Shown one piece after another: positions 29,463-38,913 of a stretch of 64,000 nucleotides of DNA. Below the pieces are notes generated by a model. It searched no databases. It saw only the letters and a program-made list of their open reading frames with translations, and was not told the origin of the DNA. This DNA comes from Deltaproteobacteria bacterium (GTDB lineage Bacteria > Myxococcota > Kuafuiibacteriia > Kuafuiibacteriales > Kuafuiibacteriaceae). Within the stretch, counting starts at the first letter, position 1. The number at the start of each line of letters is the position of its first letter. Where the stretch lies: assembly GCA_040218735.1 (NCBI GenBank), contig JAVJQW010000047.1, positions 1-64,000 on the forward strand. Reading direction: 5' to 3'. Position numbers and translations under genes: made by a program.

Positions 29463-30395
29463 GTGCGCGCTTTGCTCCTTCAGCGTGGCGTGACGATCAA
29501 TCGACGCATCTCGCGGCTGTGGCAGGCGGCTGGGCTTGACCTGATCGTCACTGAGGATCCCGTCCAGGCGCGAGAACACGTCCTCGACGTGGGTTTCATC
29601 GGCGCCGACGAGTTCGATCGGGCCGTGGTCGAACAGGCGCTCGAGGCCAACCCATCGCTCAGGGCCGTTATCTGGACGGCCGAGCCACTCACCCGAACGC
29701 TCCGATTTGCGCGGTCCAACCCACGACTGACCAGTATCCTGGGTCGCGCGAGCTTCGACACCACCCCGTCACCTTGGGAGCTGCTCTACGTCGCGCGGCG
29801 CACCGTCAAACCGCACGAGCCACTCATCCCTATCGAGCAACTCCTGCAGTACGGCGCGAGTGGGTTCGCCATGGACGTATCCTCACGCGCAGATCTCGAT
29901 GCGTGCGTCACACGCTGCGCGGAGCACACCAACGCACTCCAAGTGCCGTCGTGGATCGTCGACCACGTCCAAGAGCTCGCGCACGAGCTGCTGATGAACG
30001 CAGTCTACGACGCACCCGTCGACGCCGACGGTGCGCCTCGCTTCGCGCAAGACCGAAAGGCGGAGGTCGCGTTGTCACCAGACGCATCCCCGCGTCTGAC
30101 GTTTTGCTCCGACGGCCTGCACCTCGCGCTCCGCGTCGTCGATCCGTTCGGGCGTCTCACTCGGGAACATGTGTTCGACGGATTGGAACGCGGACTCAAG
30201 GAAGGCGCCTTGGATACGACTGGAGGAGGAGCGGGGTTGGGCATGGCGGTGTGCCACAACGCCAGTCTGTCGTTGATGTACGACGTCGTGCCCAAAACTC
30301 GGACGTGCGTCACCGCGATGACGGAGCTGGAGGTCACACGCCGCGACTTTAGAAGCCGCGCTCGGTCGGTGCACTTCTTCGAGCGCCCCATCTGA
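29463..30395 (+). CDS. RsbW/SpoIIAB-like GHKL protein (paralogue 2)
   Basis: HELLMNAVYDAP, VVDPFGRL, GGGAGLGM, SVHFF. Confidence 0.65.
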   Translation: MRALLLQRGVTINRRISRLWQAAGLDLIVTEDPVQAREHVLDVGFIGADEFDRAVVEQALEANPSLRAVIWTAEPLTRTLRFARSNPRLTSILGRASFDTTPSPWELLYVARRTVKPHEPLIPIEQLLQYGASGFAMDVSSRADLDACVTRCAEHTNALQVPSWIVDHVQELAHELLMNAVYDAPVDADGAPRFAQDRKAEVALSPDASPRLTFCSDGLHLALRVVDPFGRLTREHVFDGLERGLKEGALDTTGGGAGLGMAVCHNASLSLMYDVVPKTRTCVTAMTELEVTRRDFRSRARSVHFFERPI

Positions 30396-30416
30396 GCTAT
30401 CACTCTTCGAGGACCT

Positions 30417-32498
30417 ATGAGTGTCGCGCGCGCAACCGTCATCGAACCCCCGCCTTCTCACGAGCTGAAGGTCGAGAAGTTCTCCGACGGGAGCCTCACC
30501 TGCATTCGCTTCTCCGGGGTCATCGACGAGCGCTTCGAAGGCAAAAAGACCGCCTCCGGGATCAAGGCCAAGAAGCTGGTGCTCGACCTCGGCCGCGTGG
30601 TCCGCGTCTCGTCGTTCGGCGTGCGCGAGTGGCTCGACTTCATCGCCGCCATCGGGCGCAACGTCGACGACCTGTACCTCATCAACTGCGCGCCGAAGGT
30701 GATGAACCAACTCAACATCGTCTCCGGCTTCACGGGTAACGGACGGGTCGTCAGCTTCTACGCGCCCTACCATTGCGAGTACTGCGACACCGAGAACATC
30801 GTCCTGCTGAACGTCGACCGCGACTTCGACGCGATCTCCAAACTCAAGGCGCCGGACCGCGCGTGTGCGGCGTGTGGCAACCCGGAGACGTTCGACGACG
30901 ACCCCGCGTCGTACTTCGCGTTCGCCGCGAACCAACCGCGGTTCGAGATCGATCCGGTCGTCAGCAACTTCCTGATCACCAAGCTCGGCTACTCGGTCGC
31001 GGATCTCTCCCGTCGCATGCAGGCGGAGAAGATCTTCGAAGGTCGCTTCATCATGCTGAAGCTCGCCGGCAACCTGGACGGCAGCTTCCCCGCCGAGAAA
31101 CTCGCAGAGGGTGTCGAGGGCACCGTGGTCGTCGAGGTGTCGGGCGTGGGTGGCGTCGACCCGGCGGGCGCCGCGCAGTTCCGCAAGTTCCTCAGCTTCC
31201 TCCGCCCGCACGTCGAGCGCGTGTTGTTGGTGGGCTGCGAATCCTCGTTCCTCCAGCAGACCATCCAGCCGGAGGAGCTGAGCGACCGCGTTCAGATCCT
31301 GTCGCTCGGACTGCCGTTCGCGTGCGACAAGTGCCAGAACACGACGACGCACCTCATCGACGTCGAGGCGCACCACGAGGTCCTCAAGATCGCGATGGCG
31401 CCACAGCAGAAGTGCCCCGAGTGTGGAGGCTCGGCGAGCTGCCAACCGCACGACGCGATGCGCGCGCTCCTCCCGTCCTTCCCGAAGCCCACGACGACGC
31501 CGGACCTCCGCGCGTTCATCAAGAAGGGTCAGAAGAAGAAGAAGGAGAAGAAGGCGGACGCTGCGGAAGCCGCTTCCACCAACCGCGCGGTGATGATCCT
31601 CCTCCCGATCATCCTCGTCGCCGTCGCCGGGCTCGGCGCCTTCGTGTGGCAACAGCAGAAGAAGAGCGAGCAGATCGTTGAACGCGCGGTCACCACGCTC
31701 AACCGGGCTGCAAAGACCCGCCCCGCCTGGATCGCGTCGGACACGCCGTTCTCCGGCTACTGCACGGACCTCGCGAACCGCATGTCCTGCGTCGGAATCT
31801 CTTCGTACCTTCCGTCGAAGGAGGCCGCGAAGGCCGAAGCGTCGAACGTGGCGCTGGAGGCGCTCGCCAACGCGATCGCGCTGCGCATCGAGGACGAAGC
31901 GTTCCGCACGCACGTCGCGCCGACGTTCCGCGACGCCCGACAGCTCGCCCTCGGTGACCTCGAGGACGCCCGCATCGCGACCAGCACGCCCGAAGCCCAA
32001 GCGGCGTTCCGAGCAGCGCGGTCGGCGCATCGCAACGTCGCGGCCGCGCTACGTCGCACCGGCGGGACGGCGGTGCCGGCGCAGAGCTCCGATTGGTACT
32101 GGGAGGAGTACGAGCGCCTCAACGGCGACGGCACCGAGTTCCGCGTGTTCGTCCGCTACGACGTGACGCCTGCTTCGATGGACGCGCTGGTTTCGACGTA
32201 CTCGACACCGAAGTCGGTCCTCGGCGTGACGGTGCTGACCTCGTTCCCCTCCGTGGGCTGGGGGCGCCCCGACGGCTCCGTCGGCGCGTTCACCGTGGAC
32301 GTTAAGGGCGGACCGCTGAAGAGCCTCGGCGTGGCCGTGGGGAGTGTCTTCCTCGACGTCGCCGACCAACCCGTCCGCGACGCGTCCGACTTCGCGACGC
32401 GCATTCAGGACGAGTTCGACACGAAGGCTTCGCGCGATGGTGCGCTTCGGTTCGTCCTCATGAACGCGGACGGCGAGAAGCAGAAGATCGGCGACTGA
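30417..32498 (+). CDS. tandem STAS-like/Zn-ribbon protein with TM helix and extracytoplasmic domain
   Basis: LDLGRVVRVSSFGVREW...CEYC...CAAC; second copy VEVSGVGGVDPAG...CDKC...CPEC; TM helix; RPAWI (LPP20-like) region and PDZ-like end. Confidence 0.7.
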   Translation: MSVARATVIEPPPSHELKVEKFSDGSLTCIRFSGVIDERFEGKKTASGIKAKKLVLDLGRVVRVSSFGVREWLDFIAAIGRNVDDLYLINCAPKVMNQLNIVSGFTGNGRVVSFYAPYHCEYCDTENIVLLNVDRDFDAISKLKAPDRACAACGNPETFDDDPASYFAFAANQPRFEIDPVVSNFLITKLGYSVADLSRRMQAEKIFEGRFIMLKLAGNLDGSFPAEKLAEGVEGTVVVEVSGVGGVDPAGAAQFRKFLSFLRPHVERVLLVGCESSFLQQTIQPEELSDRVQILSLGLPFACDKCQNTTTHLIDVEAHHEVLKIAMAPQQKCPECGGSASCQPHDAMRALLPSFPKPTTTPDLRAFIKKGQKKKKEKKADAAEAASTNRAVMILLPIILVAVAGLGAFVWQQQKKSEQIVERAVTTLNRAAKTRPAWIASDTPFSGYCTDLANRMSCVGISSYLPSKEAAKAEASNVALEALANAIALRIEDEAFRTHVAPTFRDARQLALGDLEDARIATSTPEAQAAFRAARSAHRNVAAALRRTGGTAVPAQSSDWYWEEYERLNGDGTEFRVFVRYDVTPASMDALVSTYSTPKSVLGVTVLTSFPSVGWGRPDGSVGAFTVDVKGGPLKSLGVAVGSVFLDVADQPVRDASDFATRIQDEFDTKASRDGALRFVLMNADGEKQKIGD

Positions 32499-32513
32499 GG
32501 CGAGTCGATCCCG

Positions 32514-33755
32514 ATGCGACGTCACGGGCCCGCGGCGCACCTCGCCGCTCCTTGGGCCGCGGCGCTCCTCGCCGTGGTCGCTTGCACGGAGCAACGTCCG
32601 GCCAAGAAGTCGGACGCGCCCGCGTTCGCCGGTTGGTACCGCGCGACGCTGAACGACGGCGACGGGCTCGAGGTGCCGTTCTTCATCTCCCTGCCGGCCG
32701 ACCCCGGCAAACACGAGGCGGTCGTCACCAACGGGCGACAGTGGACCGCGACCGAGCACCGCTGGTCCGGCAAGCGCGTCCACGTGGAGTTCGGCGTCTA
32801 CGCCACCGCCATCGACGCCACCGTCGACGACACCAGCACACTCGTGGGGAAGTGGACGCACAAGTCACGCCAGTGGTCGGGGACTTCGCTCGCGTTCCGC
32901 GCCGAGCGCGTCGAGGAGCCGGACCCGGCTCTGAAGTTCGAGGCGAGCCAGGGGCCGCCCAAGGCCGACTTCGCCGGAACGTGGAAGCTCACGACGACGG
33001 ACGGAAAGATCGCGAAGTTGGAGGTGGACCACGACGGGCCGGCCGTCGTGAACGCGACCATCTGGTTCGCCGACGGGGTGTCCGAGTTCGTGTCCGGAAA
33101 CGTGAGTGGTGCGCAGGCCCAGCTGTCGACCTTCGATGGTGTGGCGCCCTCGCTGCTCACACTGCTGCGCGGCGATGCGGGCGTGAAGGGCATGTGGATC
33201 ACGAACCCCGACCTCGACAAACGCATCGTGTTCACGGGGAAGCGGGTGGAGACGCTCGACCTCCCCGCGCCGGTAAAGGTGAGCGCGGCGGACGGGCGGA
33301 TCGGTCTCCCCGAGCTCGAGCACCCGCGCTACGCCGGGCACCCGGTCATCGTGCAGCTCGTCGGGAGCTGGTGTGCGCACTGCAAGAATGCGGCGCCCGT
33401 CATGACGAAGATCCACGAGACGCTGCGGCCGAAGGGGCTCCAGATGCTCACGATCGACTACGAGTTCACCTCGGACTCCAGCTACAACCTGGAGCGCGCG
33501 GCGCGACTGAAGAAGGAATACGGGATCACTTGGCAGCTGATCACGCGTGACGGCAGCGCCGATGAGTTCTGGAAGATCGTACCCACGGGGCTCAGCGGGC
33601 CCGAGCCGTTCGCGGCGTTCCCGATGACCTTTTTCATCCGCCCCAACGGTAAGGTGCACGCGTACCACGCCGGGTTCGTCGGGGTCGAATCGAAGGAAGC
33701 GCACGCCCAGCTCGTCGCTCGGTTCGAGCGTTGGGCGGGTGAGCTGCTCCAATAA
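32514..33755 (+). CDS. TlpA-family thiol-disulfide oxidoreductase lipoprotein
   Basis: Lipobox VVAC; GSWCAHC; AFPMTFFI cis-Pro motif. Confidence 0.85.
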   Translation: MRRHGPAAHLAAPWAAALLAVVACTEQRPAKKSDAPAFAGWYRATLNDGDGLEVPFFISLPADPGKHEAVVTNGRQWTATEHRWSGKRVHVEFGVYATAIDATVDDTSTLVGKWTHKSRQWSGTSLAFRAERVEEPDPALKFEASQGPPKADFAGTWKLTTTDGKIAKLEVDHDGPAVVNATIWFADGVSEFVSGNVSGAQAQLSTFDGVAPSLLTLLRGDAGVKGMWITNPDLDKRIVFTGKRVETLDLPAPVKVSAADGRIGLPELEHPRYAGHPVIVQLVGSWCAHCKNAAPVMTKIHETLRPKGLQMLTIDYEFTSDSSYNLERAARLKKEYGITWQLITRDGSADEFWKIVPTGLSGPEPFAAFPMTFFIRPNGKVHAYHAGFVGVESKEAHAQLVARFERWAGELLQ

Positions 33756-33848
33756 ACAGCGTATCCGAAACACTTCCGCGGCCTTTCGCGAGCCACCGAC
33801 TCAACTCTGTATCTCGGCTGTCCGATTGGTCACGTCGAGGTACTCGAA

Positions 33849-34304
33849 GTGACGGCCATCCACGCAATCAAGGCTTACACGGTCGACGGCGCCATCACCG
33901 AGGACACGGACTTCTCCGACTACCTCGGCGCCCCCGGCGAGGTGCTGCGGCTCGATTTGTCGGGTGTCGCGCGCATCAACTCCTGCGGAGTCCGGGAGTG
34001 GCTCAACTTCGTACGCGCCGTGGAGGCCTCCGGGGGACGTGTCATCCTGGAACGCTGCTCCAGCGCGATCGTCGGCCAGCTCAACCTCATCTACAACTTC
34101 ACCGGGAAACACGGCGAAGTGTGTTCGGTCCTCGCGCCCTACGCGTGTGACGACTGCGGACACGAAGAAGACCGGCTGATCGAGCTGGAGGCGGGCGCGG
34201 ATGTCGAGGCGCTGACCGGTCCGAGCGACTGCCCAAGCTGCAACGCGCAGATGGAGTTCGCGGACCTGCCCGACTACTACCTCCAGTTCTTCGTCCTCGG
34301 GTAA
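33849..34304 (+). CDS. stand-alone STAS-like + Zn-ribbon protein
   Basis: LDLSGVARINSCGVREW, GQLN, APYACDDC...CPSC, MEFADLPDYYLQF. Confidence 0.75.
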   Translation: MTAIHAIKAYTVDGAITEDTDFSDYLGAPGEVLRLDLSGVARINSCGVREWLNFVRAVEASGGRVILERCSSAIVGQLNLIYNFTGKHGEVCSVLAPYACDDCGHEEDRLIELEAGADVEALTGPSDCPSCNAQMEFADLPDYYLQFFVLG

Positions 34305-34309
34305 CGCGC

Positions 34310-35284
34310 ATGTATCGCTCCAAAGTCCTGGTCCTCGTCGAGTCCACGCCGCTCGTTCGGACGATCCGTCGCGCGCTCTTCGCTGCGGGTTGTGAGACCA
34401 AACGAATCCCGATGGACGTCGACGCGCTCGGCCCAGAGCTGGACGAAGGCTACGACATCTACATCGTCGACGGTGACGCACCGTCGGAGCGCGTGGACCC
34501 CGTGCTCGAGCTCCTTCGCACGCGCGTGGACCCGGCGCGGCTGCTGCTGCTCTCCCAACACCTCGACGAGCGCATCGGCAAGCAGATCGTCGAGGGCGCG
34601 GCGGACAACACCCTCGCGAAGGGCGGCTCGTACGCGGTCGTGCGTGAAGGCCTCGACGAGGCCGAGCTGATCGCCACGTGCCGCAAGATCCTCACCGGAC
34701 GCATCTTCGGGATCCGTCGGTGCCTGCGCCACGGGATGGTCCCGATTCACAAGGAGCGCATCGGCCGCGCCCAAGAGCGTCACGCCGCGCTCGAGACGCT
34801 GCAGGACTACCTCGACAACCTCGATCTCCCGCGGAGCCTGCGTTCGTCGATCCTCACCGTCGCGGACGAGTTGATCATGAACGCGATCTTCAACGCACCG
34901 GCGCGTGACGACGGTACGCCGAAGTACCGCGACCGGCCGCGCTCGGAGGACATCCAGCTCGAGACCGACGAGGAGGTCGAGCTCCGATTTTGCTGCGACG
35001 GTCAGTACCTCTACCTGTCCGTGGAGGATCCGTTCGGCACGCTCGATCGGGACACGATCGTTCGCTACATCGGTTCGGGCCTGATGCGGCGGCGCGGTCA
35101 GATGGAGGAGAAGGAGCAAGGCGCGGGCCTCGGGCTGTTCATGGTGTTCAGCTCGATCAACCAACTGGTCTTCAACGTTCAACGGAAGAAGCGAAGCGAG
35201 ATCATCGCCGGCTTCTACGTGCGCGACGGGCTGCGCGGCTTTCGCGAGGCCGGGCAGTCGCTGAACTTCTTCTTCACGGGGTGA
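34310..35284 (+). CDS. RsbW/SpoIIAB-like GHKL protein with receiver-like N-terminus (paralogue 3)
   Basis: VLVLVES..YDIYIVD (REC-like), ADELIMNAIFNAP, VEDPFGTL, GAGLGLFM, SLNFF. Confidence 0.7.
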   Translation: MYRSKVLVLVESTPLVRTIRRALFAAGCETKRIPMDVDALGPELDEGYDIYIVDGDAPSERVDPVLELLRTRVDPARLLLLSQHLDERIGKQIVEGAADNTLAKGGSYAVVREGLDEAELIATCRKILTGRIFGIRRCLRHGMVPIHKERIGRAQERHAALETLQDYLDNLDLPRSLRSSILTVADELIMNAIFNAPARDDGTPKYRDRPRSEDIQLETDEEVELRFCCDGQYLYLSVEDPFGTLDRDTIVRYIGSGLMRRRGQMEEKEQGAGLGLFMVFSSINQLVFNVQRKKRSEIIAGFYVRDGLRGFREAGQSLNFFFTG

Positions 35285-35288
35285 CGCA

Positions 35289-36929
35289 GTGTCGTTCCGG
35301 TCCATCGCAGTGCAGATCGCGGTCGCGCACATCGACCCGGCGTTGCTCCTCGATCTCGAGGGGCGCGTGCTCGCGTTCAATCGTGCGTTCTGCGAGTTGA
35401 CCGAGCTCCGCCCCCGCCAGCTTCAGCGCCGACTCGACGCCGTGGAGACCGCGTTCGAGCTCGTGGGCGGCGCCGAGGACCATGACCTGTTCCGGGTGGC
35501 CGTCGAACAGGGGCGGTCCGTCAACGCGCAGAAGCGCAACGTACCTTGCGCCGCGAACGAGCTCACGGAGGCCATGACGGGCCTGGTGCCGCTCCGCGAC
35601 GGCGACGGGCCGATCGACTGCGTCCTGTACACCGTCCGCGACCTCTCGGCGGAGGCACGAACGCAAGACAAGTTGCGCGTCATGATCGACCAGGAGCGCG
35701 CGCGCGCCGACGAGCTGGAGGCCCGCGTCCTCGAACGGACCCAAGAGCTGGAGGCCTCGCGCCGAGCAGCGGAGGCCGCAGCGCACAGCAAGAGCGAGTT
35801 CCTGGCGACGATGAGCCACGAGCTGCGGACGCCGATGAACGCGATCATGGGTCTCGTGTCGTTGGTGCTCGACGACGACCACCTGCAGGGGGACTCGCGC
35901 GACTCACTCAAGCTGGTCGAGGCCAGCTCCAAGGCGATGCTCGTGATGCTGAGCGACGTCCTCGACTTCTCGAAGATCGAAGCCGGACGCCTGGAGCTGG
36001 AATCCATCGCGTTCGATCTCCCGCTCCTCACGCGGCAGGTCGGTCGGTTGATGGGCGTGCAGGCGAGCTCGAAGGGGCTCGACTGGGGGGTTCAGATCGA
36101 CGACGCAATCGCGCGACACGTCGTGGGTGATCCGGTGCGGCTCCGGCAGGTCCTCACGAACCTCACGAACAACGCGGTCAAGTTCACGGAGTCCGGCGGC
36201 ATCTACGTGCGAATCGCCGCGGTCGAGGATCGTGTGCGCTTCGAGGTCGAGGACAGCGGCATCGGGATCTCGGCCGAGCACCAGGCGAAGATCTTCGACA
36301 AGTTCACGCAGGCCGAGAGCTCGACCACGCGCCGCTTCGGCGGCACGGGGCTGGGCCTCGCGATCTGTCGTCACCTCGTGGAGCTGATGGGCGGCCAGAT
36401 CCAGGTGAAGAGCGAGATCGGACGAGGCACGACGTTCTACTTCGACATCCCGATGGCCTCCGCCGACGCGCCGACCGAGACCACGCGGAAGGTGGCGCAC
36501 TCCGTCGAACACTTCGACCTCGACGTACTGCTCGTCGAGGACAACCCGGTGAATCAGAAGGTCGCCACGAAGATGCTCGAGCGCCTCGGGTGCCGCGCAC
36601 GAATCGCCGGGAGCGGCTACGAAGCCATCGCGGAGGCGCAGCACCACACCTTCGATCTGATCCTCATGGACTGCCAGATGCCGGGCATGGACGGCCTCGA
36701 GGCGACGCGCGAGATCCGGGCGCTCGGAGGGCGCTGCGCTCGGGTCCCGATCATCGCGCTCACCGCGAACGTGCAGGACGGCGTCCGCGAGCGATGCCTC
36801 GAGGTGGGCATGAACGACTACCTGTCGAAGCCCATCGATCGCGGCGCGCTCCGAACGACGATTCAGACCTGGAGCACGCCCGACGAAGATCGGCGCGCGC
36901 CCGGCGTCAGCGCAGCGGCCCACGAATGA
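35289..36929 (+). CDS. PAS-containing hybrid histidine kinase/response regulator
   Basis: FLATMSHELRTPMN, NAVKFT, GGTGLGL, LLVEDNPVN, MDCQMPGMDG. Confidence 0.95.
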   Translation: MSFRSIAVQIAVAHIDPALLLDLEGRVLAFNRAFCELTELRPRQLQRRLDAVETAFELVGGAEDHDLFRVAVEQGRSVNAQKRNVPCAANELTEAMTGLVPLRDGDGPIDCVLYTVRDLSAEARTQDKLRVMIDQERARADELEARVLERTQELEASRRAAEAAAHSKSEFLATMSHELRTPMNAIMGLVSLVLDDDHLQGDSRDSLKLVEASSKAMLVMLSDVLDFSKIEAGRLELESIAFDLPLLTRQVGRLMGVQASSKGLDWGVQIDDAIARHVVGDPVRLRQVLTNLTNNAVKFTESGGIYVRIAAVEDRVRFEVEDSGIGISAEHQAKIFDKFTQAESSTTRRFGGTGLGLAICRHLVELMGGQIQVKSEIGRGTTFYFDIPMASADAPTETTRKVAHSVEHFDLDVLLVEDNPVNQKVATKMLERLGCRARIAGSGYEAIAEAQHHTFDLILMDCQMPGMDGLEATREIRALGGRCARVPIIALTANVQDGVRERCLEVGMNDYLSKPIDRGALRTTIQTWSTPDEDRRAPGVSAAAHE

Positions 36930-38913
36930 AGCGATGCGGCGCCGTCGCGTCGCGCACACACGCCTCGAGCGCCTCGCCGCTCTTCTTCGCCGCCTGACAG
37001 GCGCGCAGCGCGTGCAGCGCCGTGACCGCGGCGAAGCTCGGCGTGTACGTCCAGCTCGGTGCAAACGTCGTCCGCTCCAGCGGGCCCCACCGCACATCGG
37101 CCTCGCGGTGCGCGACCTCTTCGACGATCCCGAACGCCTGGTCGATCCCCTGCACCGCGTCTCCGCGACGTGCGCCGAGGAAGTAGTCACGCGCCTGACT
37201 TCTTGCGTCGCCGGCGTCGAAGAGGTGCTGCACGAGGAGCTCGACGAAGCGCCGGCGTTCGGCGTGGGTCATGGTGTTGGGCGCCTTCGGCATCTTGTCG
37301 AACGCGACCTGGTCGGCCATCCGCAGGAGGAGCGCACGCGGGAGCTGCTCGGGTCGGAAGTCGAACGGCTTCCCGAGCGAGCGACTCGGATCGAGGTAGG
37401 TGTCCTCGTAGTGGCACTCGATGCAGTGCTCCTTCAGCATCACGCGCAGCGCAGCGGAGACCTCGGTCGTGTCTTCGCTCGGCGGGGGTGCGGGCTTCGA
37501 CGCCAAGGACATCTTCAACGCCGCGGCCAACGCACGCTGAAAGCTGTGCGTCTGTTCGACGACCCGCGTGACCTCCTCGAAGTGGTGCGGCTCCGCGGCG
37601 TCGGCGAGCACGTGTTCGACGATGCGCGTCGCCATACAGCGATCGAACTCTGGCTGCGCGACAGCGAGCTCAGCGAACCCGGCGGGGGTCAGCGGGCCTT
37701 CACCCCGCTTGTCGTCGATGTCCGCCTGATACAGCGGGCCGCGACCGGAACGCGCCGCAGTGGCCGTGTAGTGCAGCGAGGCGCGTGAGTCGGAGTAACC
37801 GAGGAAGAACTGAAAGCCGTAGTCCATTCGCGCGTGACACCCCGTGCAGAACTCCATCGACGCGAGGCGTTTCCAGCTGTCGTGCTCGAACGCGAGGTTG
37901 CCGGAGTGAACGACTTCGAGGACACGCTCCGTCGTCGCGCCGAAGCCCTCCCCGCTCTTGCACCACAGCACCTCGTAGAAGATCCGCTGGCGCTGGCGCC
38001 GATCCGGGACGAGGTGAAGGAGCTGCGGCGCGGTGAGCAGCCCCGCGTGCTGCCCTTCGACGCTCGATGAACGCGGCGCCCACTTGCCAGCGCGAGGCCA
38101 TCGGTCGAGCTCGGCGAGGAGCGGCTGTGCGTCGACGCGCTGTTCACGGCCGATGCGCCGACGGCGATCCAACAGCTCGGCGTCGCGCGTGCGGAACGTC
38201 GTTTCACCGGTGAAGAGGGTCTCGATCGGGAGGTCGTGCTCGAAGACGTGCGCCGTGGTCTTCACGACCTCGTCCTGCAGCGCGGCTCTCAACTCGGAGT
38301 ACTGCGCGTAGTCGCGTGCGCAGCGGATCAGGTTCGGGCCACAACCGCAGACCGAAGCGCGCTCCAGCTCCGGCGATCCGATCTTGCTGTCACACGCGAG
38401 GGGGATGTCGGCGCGGTAGTCCTGCTCTTCGTGCGTCAGCGTCCACTTGTCCGGGCGATGGGCATCGGGGCAGACGCGGATCTTCCGCGACAGGTTCCAC
38501 CATGGCGCGACGGCTTCGGCGTCCTTCGCCTCGCACGGCTCGCGCAGGTAGTAGACGGAGCGTCCGGCACGGTCGGGCTCGGTCTGCGAGAGGACGAAGC
38601 CGAACGGCACCGCGAAGTAACTCGCGGGCTCGAGGTACGGCGCAAACAACAGGCGCGGGAGCACCTTCGATCCGAACCTTGGGTCGCGCGAGAGCTGATC
38701 GGCGAGCGTCGTGATGTCGGCGCCGTTGGCGATCTTCTCGGACCACCGCGCGACGTCCTCGTCGGCGGTGGAGCCGGTGGTCATCCAGAACAAACGCTGC
38801 ACGCGCGGGTCGGGCGGGCGCTCGACGACGGCCGGCGGCGGTGCCTCCTCACACCCTTCACAACCGCCGAGGACGGTCAGCGCGAGCAGCGCCGATATCG
38901 ATCGTGTCCTCAT
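36907..38913 (-). CDS. exported protein with two CxxCH haem-c motifs (DUF1501-operon partner)
   Basis: Lipoprotein-like signal; HAGLLT; CTGCH and CIECH. Confidence 0.6.
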   Translation of the reverse strand: MRTRSISALLALTVLGGCEGCEEAPPPAVVERPPDPRVQRLFWMTTGSTADEDVARWSEKIANGADITTLADQLSRDPRFGSKVLPRLLFAPYLEPASYFAVPFGFVLSQTEPDRAGRSVYYLREPCEAKDAEAVAPWWNLSRKIRVCPDAHRPDKWTLTHEEQDYRADIPLACDSKIGSPELERASVCGCGPNLIRCARDYAQYSELRAALQDEVVKTTAHVFEHDLPIETLFTGETTFRTRDAELLDRRRRIGREQRVDAQPLLAELDRWPRAGKWAPRSSSVEGQHAGLLTAPQLLHLVPDRRQRQRIFYEVLWCKSGEGFGATTERVLEVVHSGNLAFEHDSWKRLASMEFCTGCHARMDYGFQFFLGYSDSRASLHYTATAARSGRGPLYQADIDDKRGEGPLTPAGFAELAVAQPEFDRCMATRIVEHVLADAAEPHHFEEVTRVVEQTHSFQRALAAALKMSLASKPAPPPSEDTTEVSAALRVMLKEHCIECHYEDTYLDPSRSLGKPFDFRPEQLPRALLLRMADQVAFDKMPKAPNTMTHAERRRFVELLVQHLFDAGDARSQARDYFLGARRGDAVQGIDQAFGIVEEVAHREADVRWGPLERTTFAPSWTYTPSFAAVTALHALRACQAAKKSGEALEACVRDATAPHRFIRGPLR

